Shown: piece after piece, positions 9,078 to 18,703 of the stretch
How the letters are laid out: each line of letters begins with the position of its first letter
How positions within the stretch are numbered: position 1 is the first letter of the stretch
IMG/VR virus record: IMGVR_UViG_3300046514_000361
DNA length: 64,000 nucleotides
Source: an uncultured virus (IMG/VR IMGVR_UViG_3300046514_000361)
Lineage: Duplodnaviria > Heunggongvirae > Uroviricota > Caudoviricetes
Reading direction: 5' to 3' (one strand)
Translations under genes and position numbers: made by a program
The notes under the pieces: generated by a model
Told to the model about the DNA's origin: nothing
The model's input: the letters and a program-made list of their open reading frames with translations, nothing else
The model's database searches: none

Positions 9078-9839
9078 ATGAGACGCTTACTGGCGACGAC
9101 CGTCCTTTTGGCGGCGCTTGCCTCGCCTGCTTCCGCCGATGTGGTGCTGGGCGGCCAAACCTGGACCGGCACCGGAACGACCCTAACCCTGTCCGCAACA
9201 GTGCCGGGCGGCAACCAACCGACGAACACTCCGTGCTTGATCTGCGGCGACAACCAACCGCAGCAACCGGCGGGCTTCGGCTATAACGACTTCCAGAACG
9301 GCGGCAACCTGACGAATGTCACCGCCTTCTCAGACCAAGGCAATGGCGGCAGAAATACTCTGGCCGACAACACCTTCAACAACACCAGCACCGGCGGCTA
9401 TCAAATCGGGACCGGTAGTCTCTTTCTGGCGTTCCTGCTCGCTAACGGTGCGACACCGGGCAACCTCGGATTCAGCCTCGGCTTCGACGTGAACGACAAC
9501 AACACGGCGCAGACGTTGAACTCGTTTTTTTTCCTCGATCTGACGACGCACACGGTGCTTGCCGCATTCACCGGCGGCACGACGGGCAACATCCCGTCGC
9601 AGCATAATGGCACTGGCTTTCCGGACTACACCTTGTCCGGCTTCACGCTCAACGGCATCACTGCAGGCGACGAGATCATCTTCGCCGCTCGCATGACGGG
9701 ACTCAACGACGGGCCGGATTCCTTCTTCCTGGAGCCTGCGGCCGTTCCGGCTCCGGTTGTCGGCGCCGGACTACCGGGATTGCTCTCGGCATGCATCGGC
9801 CTCGTGGTGCTTGCCAAGCGTCGGCGTAATCGCGTCTGA
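9078..9839 (+). CDS. PEP-CTERM/VP-CTERM-like exosortase-target surface protein
   Basis: Signal peptide MRRLLATTVLLAALASPASA; G/T/N-rich body; VPAPVVGAGLPGLL + TM + KRRRNR tail. Confidence 0.85.
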   Translation: MRRLLATTVLLAALASPASADVVLGGQTWTGTGTTLTLSATVPGGNQPTNTPCLICGDNQPQQPAGFGYNDFQNGGNLTNVTAFSDQGNGGRNTLADNTFNNTSTGGYQIGTGSLFLAFLLANGATPGNLGFSLGFDVNDNNTAQTLNSFFFLDLTTHTVLAAFTGGTTGNIPSQHNGTGFPDYTLSGFTLNGITAGDEIIFAARMTGLNDGPDSFFLEPAAVPAPVVGAGLPGLLSACIGLVVLAKRRRNRV

Positions 9840-9844
9840 ACACG

Positions 9845-9871
9845 AAAACCCCCCGGTGTGGGGCCGGGGGC
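9845..9871 (+). terminator. GC hairpin after the surface-protein gene
   Basis: cccccgg tgtgggg ccggggg; weak U-tail. Confidence 0.4.
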
Positions 9872-10143
9872 ACAAACTTGGTGAAATAATTATTTTCGCC
9901 GAGGCGACCGCTACACTGTCATTGCTTTTTGCATTCATTGCCATGCGACGACGCGATAGTTATGCCCATTCCATCGAAGTCAACCTTTCCGAAAATCGGC
10001 GGCGAGTCCCTTGTTTCATAGGCTTTGCGCAATCGCGCTAACGCTGAATCGCAAAATCCGAAAAGTCGATTTGCTACACTACGCACGCGCTGGTCGATGA
10101 CCGGCCAGCGCGGGTTATTTGACATTGTGAGGAGACTACGACG

Positions 10144-10392
10144 ATGGCGAAAGCCAAACGACGAACCGCGTCCAAATTTGATTATCGTCCATACCCGGAC
10201 CCGGATGATATGCGGACTGGCTGCAAAGTCAGTTGGCGCATCTACCGGGATCGGGCTGCTGCCGAGGCTTGCGCCGAGGCCGCAAAGCACAACGCGGTTC
10301 GGGCTGCGGAGTTGGGCTACGACTTCGGCTACTGCTGTCCTGGGTCAATCGAAACCCTGGACGACGGTCGGTTCGAAGTCTGCCTACCCTGA
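10144..10392 (+). CDS. hypothetical protein
   Basis: GAGGAG SD; preceded by TGcTACACT extended -10 (10072-10080). Confidence 0.65.
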   Translation: MAKAKRRTASKFDYRPYPDPDDMRTGCKVSWRIYRDRAAAEACAEAAKHNAVRAAELGYDFGYCCPGSIETLDDGRFEVCLP

Positions 10393-10453
10393 AAATGAAA
10401 AGCGCCCGCCGATGCAGACACATCGGCGGGCCAGTCAAATGAGGTTGAGCACC

Positions 10454-10909
10454 ATGAGCACTACCACACTGCGTGAGCGTCGTCATCAGGACGCCACGAA
10501 CGCATTGAGCCGGGTCACCGCCCAGCGCGATGCATGTCTGACGAACCTCGTGCGGTACGAGGCGAAGCTGAAGGGCCTGCGCAGACAGGTCGAGCGGCTC
10601 GCCCGCGCCATCGCCGCCGAGAAGGCCAAGCCCGTCGAGCAGCCCAAGCCAAAGCCGAAGCTGCCCGACGTGAAGCCGCTGCCGCTTCCGCAGGCGACGG
10701 AGGAACCAACGATCCCTGACTTCCTGCGGCGCACGGCCGAGGCCAAGGCGAAGGACGCCGAGGCCGCCGAGGCGATCCGCCAGGAGCAAGCCGAGCGGAA
10801 GACGGCGAAGGCCAGGGGGCGGATTGCGAAGCTCAAGGCCGCCCAGGCTGGCGACACCAAGCGGATGCCACTGACCGGGAAGGCGGCGCTCGCAGCGATC
10901 AGAGGGTAA
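10454..10909 (+). CDS. basic coiled-coil hypothetical protein
   Basis: GAGG SD; IPDFLRR motif; terminator follows. Confidence 0.6.
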   Translation: MSTTTLRERRHQDATNALSRVTAQRDACLTNLVRYEAKLKGLRRQVERLARAIAAEKAKPVEQPKPKPKLPDVKPLPLPQATEEPTIPDFLRRTAEAKAKDAEAAEAIRQEQAERKTAKARGRIAKLKAAQAGDTKRMPLTGKAALAAIRG

Positions 10910-10917
10910 CCAAAGAC

Positions 10918-10951
10918 GGCCCGCCGGTGCAGATCGGCGGGCCTTTTTTTT
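10918..10951 (+). terminator. rho-independent terminator
   Basis: ggcccgccg gtgcagat cggcgggcc followed by T8. Confidence 0.8.
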
Positions 10952-11020
10952 GGGGGGAGATCGAGAGATAATCCATAGTTGGGCCGACTCTCGACCTCGG
11001 GCAGAATTCGGAGATGGGTG

Positions 11021-11287
11021 ATGACGTGGTATTGGCTCTCGTTCGTTGATCCCGAGCGGCCCAAAGGCGACAAGTTTGTCGGTGCGCTCTTGATCGAATC
11101 CAACACGTTCGCCGCAGCCATCGCCACTTCGTGGCTGCTCAAGCTTAACCCCGGCGGTGAGGTCCAGGGCTTCGCCGTGCCAGCAGAATTCGAGGAGCGG
11201 GTCGAAATTCTGCGCAACGAGGGCATGACCTATCGGCTGTTGAGCAAGGCAGAGGCACTGAGCATTGAACGGCGGTTCACGCAATGA
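11021..11287 (+). CDS. hypothetical protein
   Basis: WYWLSFVDPERP...LNPGGEV motif. Confidence 0.6.
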   Translation: MTWYWLSFVDPERPKGDKFVGALLIESNTFAAAIATSWLLKLNPGGEVQGFAVPAEFEERVEILRNEGMTYRLLSKAEALSIERRFTQ

Positions 11288-11313
11288 GAGTTGATCCAGA
11301 GTTGGGCCAACTC

Positions 11314-11739
11314 TCAGTACGTCAGCGGCTTCAGATTGGCGAAGCAGGCATCGAGCGCATAAACCACGTGCTTTTTCAGGTGCTCGTTTGCGATGCGGTC
11401 GCGCAACTCGTCGCCGACTTCAAGCATATGCTTCCACAGATCAAGTGCGGCCTCGTAGCAAGTGATAATGCGCCCGACGCGCACGGTCTGACCATCTTCT
11501 CCGTCTTCGTTTGTGTAGTCGTAGTTGGCGTGGATGATGTAGCTGTATTTGCCGTGACGGACCCGGAATTCGACACTCCATCCGCTTCCGTCCATACAGG
11601 GGTGGTCCCAGCCGCAAACTCCTTGTGCAATGACCGGCCATTCACTCTCCTTGATCTGGATCGGAGCACGGTTGGTGAGGGTAATGGTGCGCAGCTTTTC
11701 GACTGGCGGCGCAATGGGGGGAGTGACGTTCATGTTCAT
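11314..11739 (-). CDS. hypothetical protein
   Basis: AGGAG SD; RTITLTNRAPIQIKESEWPVIA. Confidence 0.6.
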   Translation of the reverse strand: MNMNVTPPIAPPVEKLRTITLTNRAPIQIKESEWPVIAQGVCGWDHPCMDGSGWSVEFRVRHGKYSYIIHANYDYTNEDGEDGQTVRVGRIITCYEAALDLWKHMLEVGDELRDRIANEHLKKHVVYALDACFANLKPLTY

Positions 11740-11808
11740 GTTGATTACTCCTGTGGTGCCACCTTGGCCCGGTGGCTGGGGCCACTATTCAAGCAAATTT
11801 TCGGCAAC

Positions 11809-11839
11809 AAAAAAAGGCCCCTGGCTCTCGCCAGGGGCC
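11809..11839 (-). terminator. terminator closing the virion (late) operon
   Basis: Minus strand ggcccctgg cgagag ccaggggcc + T8. Confidence 0.85.
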
Positions 11840-11899
11840 AAGTCGTACTGAGGCCGTCTATCCGGCGGTGACTGGGATGGGGCCGCCGAATTCAGGAAT

Positions 11900-12181
11900 T
11901 CATTTCGTCGGGTTGATGTGAAGCTCGCGCGTCATGATTTCTACGATCTTCTGAAGGCGGAGGTTGTTCGATTGAGTCTCTTTCTCGGTGACCGTCAAAC
12001 GGTTGTTGATCTCGGCGAGATGCGGCGAGCCGCGCACCTCAAGCGTGCTCACCCGTGTTTCCAGCCTGACCATGTACGCCGTGACGCTGAGCACGGCCGC
12101 GCCGATTGCGATGAATTGCGCGATCAGGAAATAGACGAGCGTCTGGTTCTGACTGAACCAGCTTCTTGCCTTGTCGATCAT
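11900..12181 (-). CDS. single-TM + coiled-coil protein, possible holin-like
   Basis: MIDKARSW... with one TM; last gene of late operon, coupled to the upstream stop. Confidence 0.55.
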   Translation of the reverse strand: MIDKARSWFSQNQTLVYFLIAQFIAIGAAVLSVTAYMVRLETRVSTLEVRGSPHLAEINNRLTVTEKETQSNNLRLQKIVEIMTRELHINPTK

Positions 12182-15100
12182 GGCGTGCCGTCCATCGAAT
12201 GCCCTGGCTGCAGGTTCGAGTACGAGTAGACGATCTCGGTGTGCGCAGGCTTCCAGCGATTGAACAGGCAGTTCTGATCGAGGAACAGGCCGATGCGCAA
12301 GTGCGGATCGACGCCCGCTTGGCCCTGGCTCGCGCGGAACCAATTGAGTGATGCGTTGGTGACGTGGATCGTCCAGTAGAATCGCATCTCGGGCCGACCG
12401 ATCTGCCAGCGCGGCGACTTGCGATCCTGGCTGAGCGCGCTTGTGTCGCCGCACTGGCTGATGCCGACCATGAACGGCGAATATTCCTCGATGAAGATGC
12501 TGTAGCCCATGAACTCGGCGACGCTGAAAAAGAAGTCGCGCGACTGGCCGCCGAGCATCGTCATTTTCATGACGAGGATGTCGCGCCGCTCGCCGATGGT
12601 TGTCGTTTCCTGGAAGCACGGATCGGGCAGACCCCAATTGCGCTCCCAGTCTGGCAACAGTTCGAGCGTGGCGCGCGGATCGGATTCGGTTTCGAGCAGA
12701 TCGGCGGCGCGGCCGTCCACGTAGCCGTAGAACATCGCGAGGCCGGTCAACGCCTGGATCATGGTCGAGCCAGGATCGCGCGGCCATGCTTGTCCGCGTG
12801 GCAATAGGTCGATCAGCGCCTGCGCATAGTCGTCGCCTGATCGCCGCACATGGCGATCCATGTCGGCCGGATAGGTCGGCGGCGGCGACGGAATGCGTCC
12901 AGGTTTACCGAGCACCGGACTATCCGGCACCAGATCATCGCCATAGAGGATTTGCGGATGCTGTTGCAGCGTCGGATCGACCGGCACGACAGGCGAACCA
13001 GTGACGAGGTTGTTCGCACGCAGAACGCCTATCGAATAGCCGAGGCCGAGGTACGGTGAGCCAGTGACGAGATCGATTGCGTGCGGGATCGCATAGAAGT
13101 GCGTGAGCGCGGGCGCGGTGAACACCGGGCTGGACGTGACGAGGTCGAGCGCCGCCATGCTGCCGCCGAGGCCGGGCGTACCAAAGGCAGGCGACGATGG
13201 CGCGAGCGGAGTCCCGTAGAACAGGTAGCCGTAGGGCGCATTCGGCGGCGAGAAGTTGTTGGTCCACCGCGCCACGCCCTTGGTGACGCGGATTTCGTCT
13301 AAGTAGCCGTTGACAGTGTTTCCAGTGCTAGTGAAAGCGTTACCGGAAATCACCGGAGCAGACGCACCAACGAGATAGTTGTTCGTATCGGTGTAGCTTG
13401 GGCCTTCCTGCACGCCGTTGAGGTAGAGCTTAGTGACACCCGCCGCGCGAACGAGCGCGACGTGATACCAAGCACCTATAGTTAGGGTCGTCACACCGGC
13501 AATTACATTCAGGGAATTTTGATAAAAGTTAATGGTCGATCCACTGAAGTAGATCACCGGGTATAAGCCATTCACACTATTAGGACGGCTGTCATAGATC
13601 GTTTGATTTGTGCCCGATGCATTTGGGAAGAACCATAGATCAACCGTAAAGTCCCCGGTCCCAAAGGCAAAGTCGTTGCTCCCATCAAGTGTGAGATAGC
13701 TGCCTATTGTCCCATCATTTGAGAGCGATGAGCTTCCGAACCTTTCCTGCGCAGTTGCAAGTTTTGCATTTCCGTTTTGCGTAACCGGGTGATTGCGCCC
13801 TGACGTGTCGGGCACCACGGTCGAGCCGTTGAAGCCGTCGCAATGGAGCAACAGGACGGTCGCGGCGTCGATAGACTGCAGCGGCCATGCGTTGCCGAGA
13901 ACTGGCGAAGCTGGTGCGAGTGGCTGTGCGAAGAACTGATACGGCGGGTACGGCGCAGTCGGTGGCGAGAAGTTCGTCGTCCAGCGGGCAACCCGCGAGA
14001 CGCGAATTTCATCCATGAAGCCGTTAAAGCAACCTGGGCTATAGGCTGGCCCCGACGCGCCAATGCGTGGATAGCCGCCAGCGCCGACCGCGTAGTTGTT
14101 TGGGTCGGCGTAGATTGGGCCTTCCTGCACGCCGTTGACGTAGAGCTTGGTGACACCTGCCGCGCGAACGGCGGCGACGTGGTACCACACGCCAGTCGTG
14201 GCTACGGTCGTGCCGGTGATCGGGATCGCGCCATCGTAGCCGAACTGGAATTTGTTCGTCGGGCCGTCGATCACAACGAACGGTGCGACGGTCGCCCCGG
14301 CATCGCGGCTATCGTAGATGATGAATGTCGCGCCCGTTGTGGACGGCAATCCCACCAGATTGACCCACGCCTCTATGGTGAAGTCGCCGAGGCCGAACGC
14401 AAAGTCTACTCCGCTATCGAGCGATAGGTAAAAGGCTGTCGTTCCTCCAAACTCAGCGCCTCCTCCGCCAAACCTTGCAGCGCCAGTATTATTATTGACC
14501 CGCGTGCCGCCGTTCGACGTAACTGCGTGGTTCTTGCCCGAGTAGTCGGTGAACGTGGTTGCGAACTGCGTTCCCTCGCAGTGCAGCAGCAGGACCGTGT
14601 TGCCGTCCACCGTCGTGAGTCCCGGCAGGCCGAGCGCCGCCGTGCCAACCATCGGCGTTGGGGTGTACGGCGCGGTGGGTGGAGTGAAGTTGCCTGTCCA
14701 CAGCGCGCGACCCTTGGTGACACGCACCTCATCAAGGTAGCCGTAGGTCAAGAAAAGTGGGTAATTCGTTGAACCGACCTGACCATAGTTACTCGTATCG
14801 GCAATGCTGCCTTGAGACACGCCATCGAGGTATAGAGTTAACGTACCTCCCGAGCGCACCAGCGCAGCATGGTGCCATACATTCGTTGTAACGGCAGTCG
14901 CTCCCACAATCCTATTCGTGCTGTAAAGGAAATTGCCACCAGCAGTGACTGCGATGGAAACATTCGCCTCCGACCCAGTCAAATAAGGCCAGTACAATAC
15001 GAAATCGCCACCTACGACAGACGGCAGGGCGGTCAGGTAGAACCAAAGGTCGATGGTGAAATTATTGGTATCGAAAAGGAAGTCGGCACTGGCGTCGTTG

Positions 15101-16416
15101 ACAAGCATTCCGCTTTGAGTTGCGGAATGGAAAGACGAAGGGCCGAATTTCGACAGTGCGGTCGATAGCGCACCGCCTGAGCCGCCAGGATTAACTACAT
15201 GGCGGGCCGTCGCGTCGGGATAGGCTGTCGATCCATTTGCCCCATCGAGATGAAGCAAGAGAACCGTTCCGTCCGCAGACGGCGCGAGCGCCAGCGGAAC
15301 GAAATAGTACGGCGGGAACGGTGCGACTGACGGCGTGAAGTTCGCGGTGTAGCGTGCGCCTCTTGAGATGCGATACTCGTCAATGTAGCAGTTTGCGCAG
15401 GGGCCGTAGTTGATCGTTGCATATGTGTTGGTATACGAATAGGTGTCAGAGAAGGTGCCGCCCTCCGACACGCCGTTGACGTAGACCCGAGAGACTTGCA
15501 GATAGCGGACGAGCGCGACGTGGACCCACTGATTGACCGGGATTGGAGTCGTCGTGGTAATGGTGTGCGCGCCCTGCTGCGTATAATACTGAACGACCTC
15601 TGCCGACCCATTCCAGTAGAAGCCGAGATATGGATTGTTCGCGTCGCCAGCATTGCGGCCATCATAGATGCCGCCGTCGTAACCGACGTTCCTAAACGAG
15701 TTGACCCATATCCACGTCTCAATCGTGAAGTCATCAAGCGCAAAACCAAAGTCAGAGTGGGGTGCATTACCGTCAGTTACGACATAAGATGCGGCCGTTC
15801 CGTCGCACGATAGCGAGCCAGAACCGATCTTAGACCGAGCCGACGTGAGTGTCGCGCCGCTTTGCAGATTGACCGCGTGGCGACCGGCGCTGTCCGGTGC
15901 ATATGGGCCATCGAAGTGCAGCAGCAGAGAGGTCGAGAGCGGAGTGGCGACGAGAGACGCCGTGTAGGTGATCGAAACATAGCCAGTGCCAGCCGTGACA
16001 CCGTCGCCAGCGTCGGTTCCTGCCTGTCCGACGACGACGGTGATGTTTGCCGAGGCGGCAGGAGCGCCGCCGTCGCTTGGCGCCCATGTCTGAGTGACCC
16101 TACCTCCTGCACTGCCCCAATAGAAGCTGCCACCTCCTGATGAAACGCTACTACTGCCAGCGCCGCCACCGCCTACAGTGACTGCACCTCCAAAGCCACC
16201 TTGAGCGGCTGGTTGACCAGTCCTCGTATTGCCAGTGCCACCGTAGGCAACGACTGCGGAGCTTGAGCCAAACGAGCTATTGCCGCCACTCGAACCATTG
16301 GTAACGCGGTCATAGCTTGACCCTCCGCCGGGAGCACTCACATCGACACTTAACGTCGTGTAAGCTACGACGGTAAAAGTATAGGTGCCCGGCGTTGTGT
16401 AGTTGACAGTCGGCAT
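12178..16416 (-). CDS. Gly-rich + four LamG/concanavalin-like domains fused to a C-terminal YmfQ/DUF2313 (Mu gp48-like) baseplate domain
   Basis: Four LLLHxDG...DFT(I/V)..W...W.HVA.VR...LY.NG...DE.R.. repeats; C-term LLPRGQAWPR...WERNWGLPD...GGQS...KPAHT. Confidence 0.8.
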   Translation of the reverse strand: MPTVNYTTPGTYTFTVVAYTTLSVDVSAPGGGSSYDRVTNGSSGGNSSFGSSSAVVAYGGTGNTRTGQPAAQGGFGGAVTVGGGGAGSSSVSSGGGSFYWGSAGGRVTQTWAPSDGGAPAASANITVVVGQAGTDAGDGVTAGTGYVSITYTASLVATPLSTSLLLHFDGPYAPDSAGRHAVNLQSGATLTSARSKIGSGSLSCDGTAASYVVTDGNAPHSDFGFALDDFTIETWIWVNSFRNVGYDGGIYDGRNAGDANNPYLGFYWNGSAEVVQYYTQQGAHTITTTTPIPVNQWVHVALVRYLQVSRVYVNGVSEGGTFSDTYSYTNTYATINYGPCANCYIDEYRISRGARYTANFTPSVAPFPPYYFVPLALAPSADGTVLLLHLDGANGSTAYPDATARHVVNPGGSGGALSTALSKFGPSSFHSATQSGMLVNDASADFLFDTNNFTIDLWFYLTALPSVVGGDFVLYWPYLTGSEANVSIAVTAGGNFLYSTNRIVGATAVTTNVWHHAALVRSGGTLTLYLDGVSQGSIADTSNYGQVGSTNYPLFLTYGYLDEVRVTKGRALWTGNFTPPTAPYTPTPMVGTAALGLPGLTTVDGNTVLLLHCEGTQFATTFTDYSGKNHAVTSNGGTRVNNNTGAARFGGGGAEFGGTTAFYLSLDSGVDFAFGLGDFTIEAWVNLVGLPSTTGATFIIYDSRDAGATVAPFVVIDGPTNKFQFGYDGAIPITGTTVATTGVWYHVAAVRAAGVTKLYVNGVQEGPIYADPNNYAVGAGGYPRIGASGPAYSPGCFNGFMDEIRVSRVARWTTNFSPPTAPYPPYQFFAQPLAPASPVLGNAWPLQSIDAATVLLLHCDGFNGSTVVPDTSGRNHPVTQNGNAKLATAQERFGSSSLSNDGTIGSYLTLDGSNDFAFGTGDFTVDLWFFPNASGTNQTIYDSRPNSVNGLYPVIYFSGSTINFYQNSLNVIAGVTTLTIGAWYHVALVRAAGVTKLYLNGVQEGPSYTDTNNYLVGASAPVISGNAFTSTGNTVNGYLDEIRVTKGVARWTNNFSPPNAPYGYLFYGTPLAPSSPAFGTPGLGGSMAALDLVTSSPVFTAPALTHFYAIPHAIDLVTGSPYLGLGYSIGVLRANNLVTGSPVVPVDPTLQQHPQILYGDDLVPDSPVLGKPGRIPSPPPTYPADMDRHVRRSGDDYAQALIDLLPRGQAWPRDPGSTMIQALTGLAMFYGYVDGRAADLLETESDPRATLELLPDWERNWGLPDPCFQETTTIGERRDILVMKMTMLGGQSRDFFFSVAEFMGYSIFIEEYSPFMVGISQCGDTSALSQDRKSPRWQIGRPEMRFYWTIHVTNASLNWFRASQGQAGVDPHLRIGLFLDQNCLFNRWKPAHTEIVYSYSNLQPGHSMDGTP

Positions 16417-16431
16417 CTGGCGCCTAGAGTT

Positions 16432-16812
16432 TTACTGGTTCGGCAGTCGGATCAGGAAGCTCGCCAGCGTGAATGTGTTGCCCGCCGTCACCGCTTGCGA
16501 AGCCGAGAGCGACCCGTTCGCCAGCAGGCGCGAGTTGACGGCATCGACCGCAGCCCACTTCGACGCCGTCGCCGTTCCGGTTACGCTACCGTCCGTGATC
16601 GGTGTCGAGGCGATCTGCCGACCGTTTGGCGAGCCAGCACCCGGTGCGCCGAAGCACCCGCCCGCTCCGAAATTCTTGTTGCCGAGCGCGTAGGTCGAGG
16701 TCGCGTCGGTATAGGTCAGCGGGTCTTGCGTGCAGAGGTAGATGTGGGTCGCGTAGGTCTTGATCGCGTTGAGGCCATTGTCCAACGCATAGTCGCCGAC
16801 GACGTTTGCCAT
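16432..16812 (-). CDS. tail-associated structural protein
   Basis: GGAG SD; tail-fibre region; LDNGL...VTAGNTFTL. Confidence 0.65.
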   Translation of the reverse strand: MANVVGDYALDNGLNAIKTYATHIYLCTQDPLTYTDATSTYALGNKNFGAGGCFGAPGAGSPNGRQIASTPITDGSVTGTATASKWAAVDAVNSRLLANGSLSASQAVTAGNTFTLASFLIRLPNQ

Positions 16813-16828
16813 TGCGAGTGCTCCAAAT

Positions 16829-16853
16829 AAAAAAAGCCCCGCGAGGGGGCTTT
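16829..16853 (-). terminator. internal terminator in late operon
   Basis: Minus strand gcccc-ctcgc-ggggc + T7. Confidence 0.6.
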
Positions 16854-16881
16854 CTTGAAGGTGGTGAAGGTTTTGGCCGAC

Positions 16882-17175
16882 TTATTCTTTGATGCCTGAA
16901 AGCTGGCTGCACAGCGCACGGGCTTCGGCTTCTTCGCCCGTTCCCTGTGCCACCCAGACAGCCTCCTCGGTCGTCCCTTCGATGCCCTCGGTCGGATGAC
17001 TGCCGTCCGTTACAGGCGTCAGCGCGTAGACAACCCAGGCGAATTGACCGTTGTTCTTTGGCATTGTCATGCGGTTCATGCGCACATGATCACCGTAGTG
17101 GATGAGCGTGCCATCCGGGTTCTCGGTCACGACATTTGGCGGCGGCTTGGCCGGAAACGGTGTTGCTTCTGCCAT
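16882..17175 (-). CDS. hypothetical protein
   Basis: GGGAG SD; ORF track. Confidence 0.6.
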   Translation of the reverse strand: MAEATPFPAKPPPNVVTENPDGTLIHYGDHVRMNRMTMPKNNGQFAWVVYALTPVTDGSHPTEGIEGTTEEAVWVAQGTGEEAEARALCSQLSGIKE

Positions 17176-17187
17176 GTCTTTTCTCCC

Positions 17188-18228
17188 TTACGACCACGAA
17201 ATATTGGCGCTGCCGTTTCCACCTGATTGTGCGACACCGCCGAGCGGAGTCGTGGCACCTACGCCGCCGCCGCCAACATTGAGCATGATGGACGTTCCAG
17301 GCACCGGGGCACCGACGTCGGTTACCAACCAAGTCTTGGTGACGCGACCGCCTGCGCTTCCCGAGTAATAGGCCGCTGGCTGCGCGGGGGTGTACGTCCA
17401 AGAGATGCCGACTGAGCCATCGCCGGAATTTTTAACGGGACGGCCGCCATCCAACCCGCCAGAGCCGACGACACCCGCTTGTTGACTTCCGACAGCCAGA
17501 GCGCCCACTGCAAACGTCGCGGAGACGCGACCACCGGCAGCGCCGTTGTACTGGGGAACGCCGTTGGCCGAGCCAGTAAGGCTTCCGGCCCCGCCACCGC
17601 CAGTCGTCACTGTTCCGCCGCTGCCACCACCGGGCACTGACGGAAGGTGCGCAGGATCGCAGCCGCCACCGCCATTCGCGACGACCGATGCGAATGTGCT
17701 TTGGCCGCCGTCCTGTCCGACAAAAGCCCCATCAGTCGCGCCACCGCCGCCTGCGGCCACAACGACTGTGAGCGTCGTATAGGTCGGCACCACGAAGCTG
17801 TAGGTGCCGGAAGCAAACGAGGCCGAGCCGCCAGCACCGCCGATGATGCCGTTGCCGCCCAGGCCGCCGCCCCCCGCCGTGACGGTGCCGCCGCTGCCAC
17901 CTTGATTCGGAGGGACCGGCCCAACGCCAGCAAGACCACCGGTCGCGACCATCGTGGTGCCGAACGACGAGTTCTGTCCTGCGCCCGCTGGCGTCGCAAC
18001 AACGTCCGACGAGCCGCCGCCGCCCCCGCCCTCAATGGTGATCGTGAGCGTGGTGTAGTTTGGGCAGGGGAAATTGACGTTGCCGGGCACGGCCTGCGAA
18101 TACGATCCGGGCTTGACCGACTGCAGCACCGGCATTCCAAATACAGGCGAGCCGCCGACAAGTGTCAGCGCGTTGGGGATTGTCCACCCACGCGGAAACG
18201 GACCAATAACGGTCTTAATGTGGAACAC
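17188..18228 (-). CDS. glycine-rich tail fibre-type protein
   Basis: Two YTTL.....GGGG...SSFG...GGRV...ISW units. Confidence 0.65.
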   Translation of the reverse strand: MFHIKTVIGPFPRGWTIPNALTLVGGSPVFGMPVLQSVKPGSYSQAVPGNVNFPCPNYTTLTITIEGGGGGGSSDVVATPAGAGQNSSFGTTMVATGGLAGVGPVPPNQGGSGGTVTAGGGGLGGNGIIGGAGGSASFASGTYSFVVPTYTTLTVVVAAGGGGATDGAFVGQDGGQSTFASVVANGGGGCDPAHLPSVPGGGSGGTVTTGGGGAGSLTGSANGVPQYNGAAGGRVSATFAVGALAVGSQQAGVVGSGGLDGGRPVKNSGDGSVGISWTYTPAQPAAYYSGSAGGRVTKTWLVTDVGAPVPGTSIMLNVGGGGVGATTPLGGVAQSGGNGSANISWS

Positions 18229-18232
18229 CGGA

Positions 18233-18703
18233 TCACGCCTTGATGTTCAACTGCGCGCCGACAAATTCGAGCACGTTCCCCGGAGCGCCACGGAAATGGA
18301 AAACGTCGATTGCGCCAGCAATATTCGACGGCGCGACCGCGCTCGCAGCGCCGCCCGGCCAATGATACGGACCCGTTTGCCATGTCAGCACGCGGGGCGT
18401 GGTGGGGTCTTGGACGATGCGAAGCGCGTAGTAAGCGCCCTCGACTACGTTCATCGGCGATCCCATTGCCGAGTTGCCGCCCAGCATCGTCAACCGCGCG
18501 CTCGGAGTCTGTTTCGTATCCCACACGGTCGTGCCGCTCACCGCATAGGCGAGATCGTTCGGGACGAAGTATTGCAGCGTCGTCCAGCCGCGCATGACGT
18601 CGAGCGCGACGATCTGGCCCGGCGGTCCTTGCGCGCCATCTTGACCCGGCGGCCCCGGCTGGAGCGCGATGCCCTGGACGACTGTAATTTGGGTGATCGT
18701 CAT
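18233..18703 (-). CDS. tail fibre-associated protein
   Basis: Short GPPGQDGAQGPPG collagen; LRIVQD...WPGG..P.....DVF motif. Confidence 0.65.
   Translation of the reverse strand: MTITQITVVQGIALQPGPPGQDGAQGPPGQIVALDVMRGWTTLQYFVPNDLAYAVSGTTVWDTKQTPSARLTMLGGNSAMGSPMNVVEGAYYALRIVQDPTTPRVLTWQTGPYHWPGGAASAVAPSNIAGAIDVFHFRGAPGNVLEFVGAQLNIKA

Noticed and set aside
13300..15800. Diversity-generating retroelement TR/VR pair
   Set aside because: Repeats are in-frame LamG duplications without adenine-specific differences; no reverse transcriptase in the window
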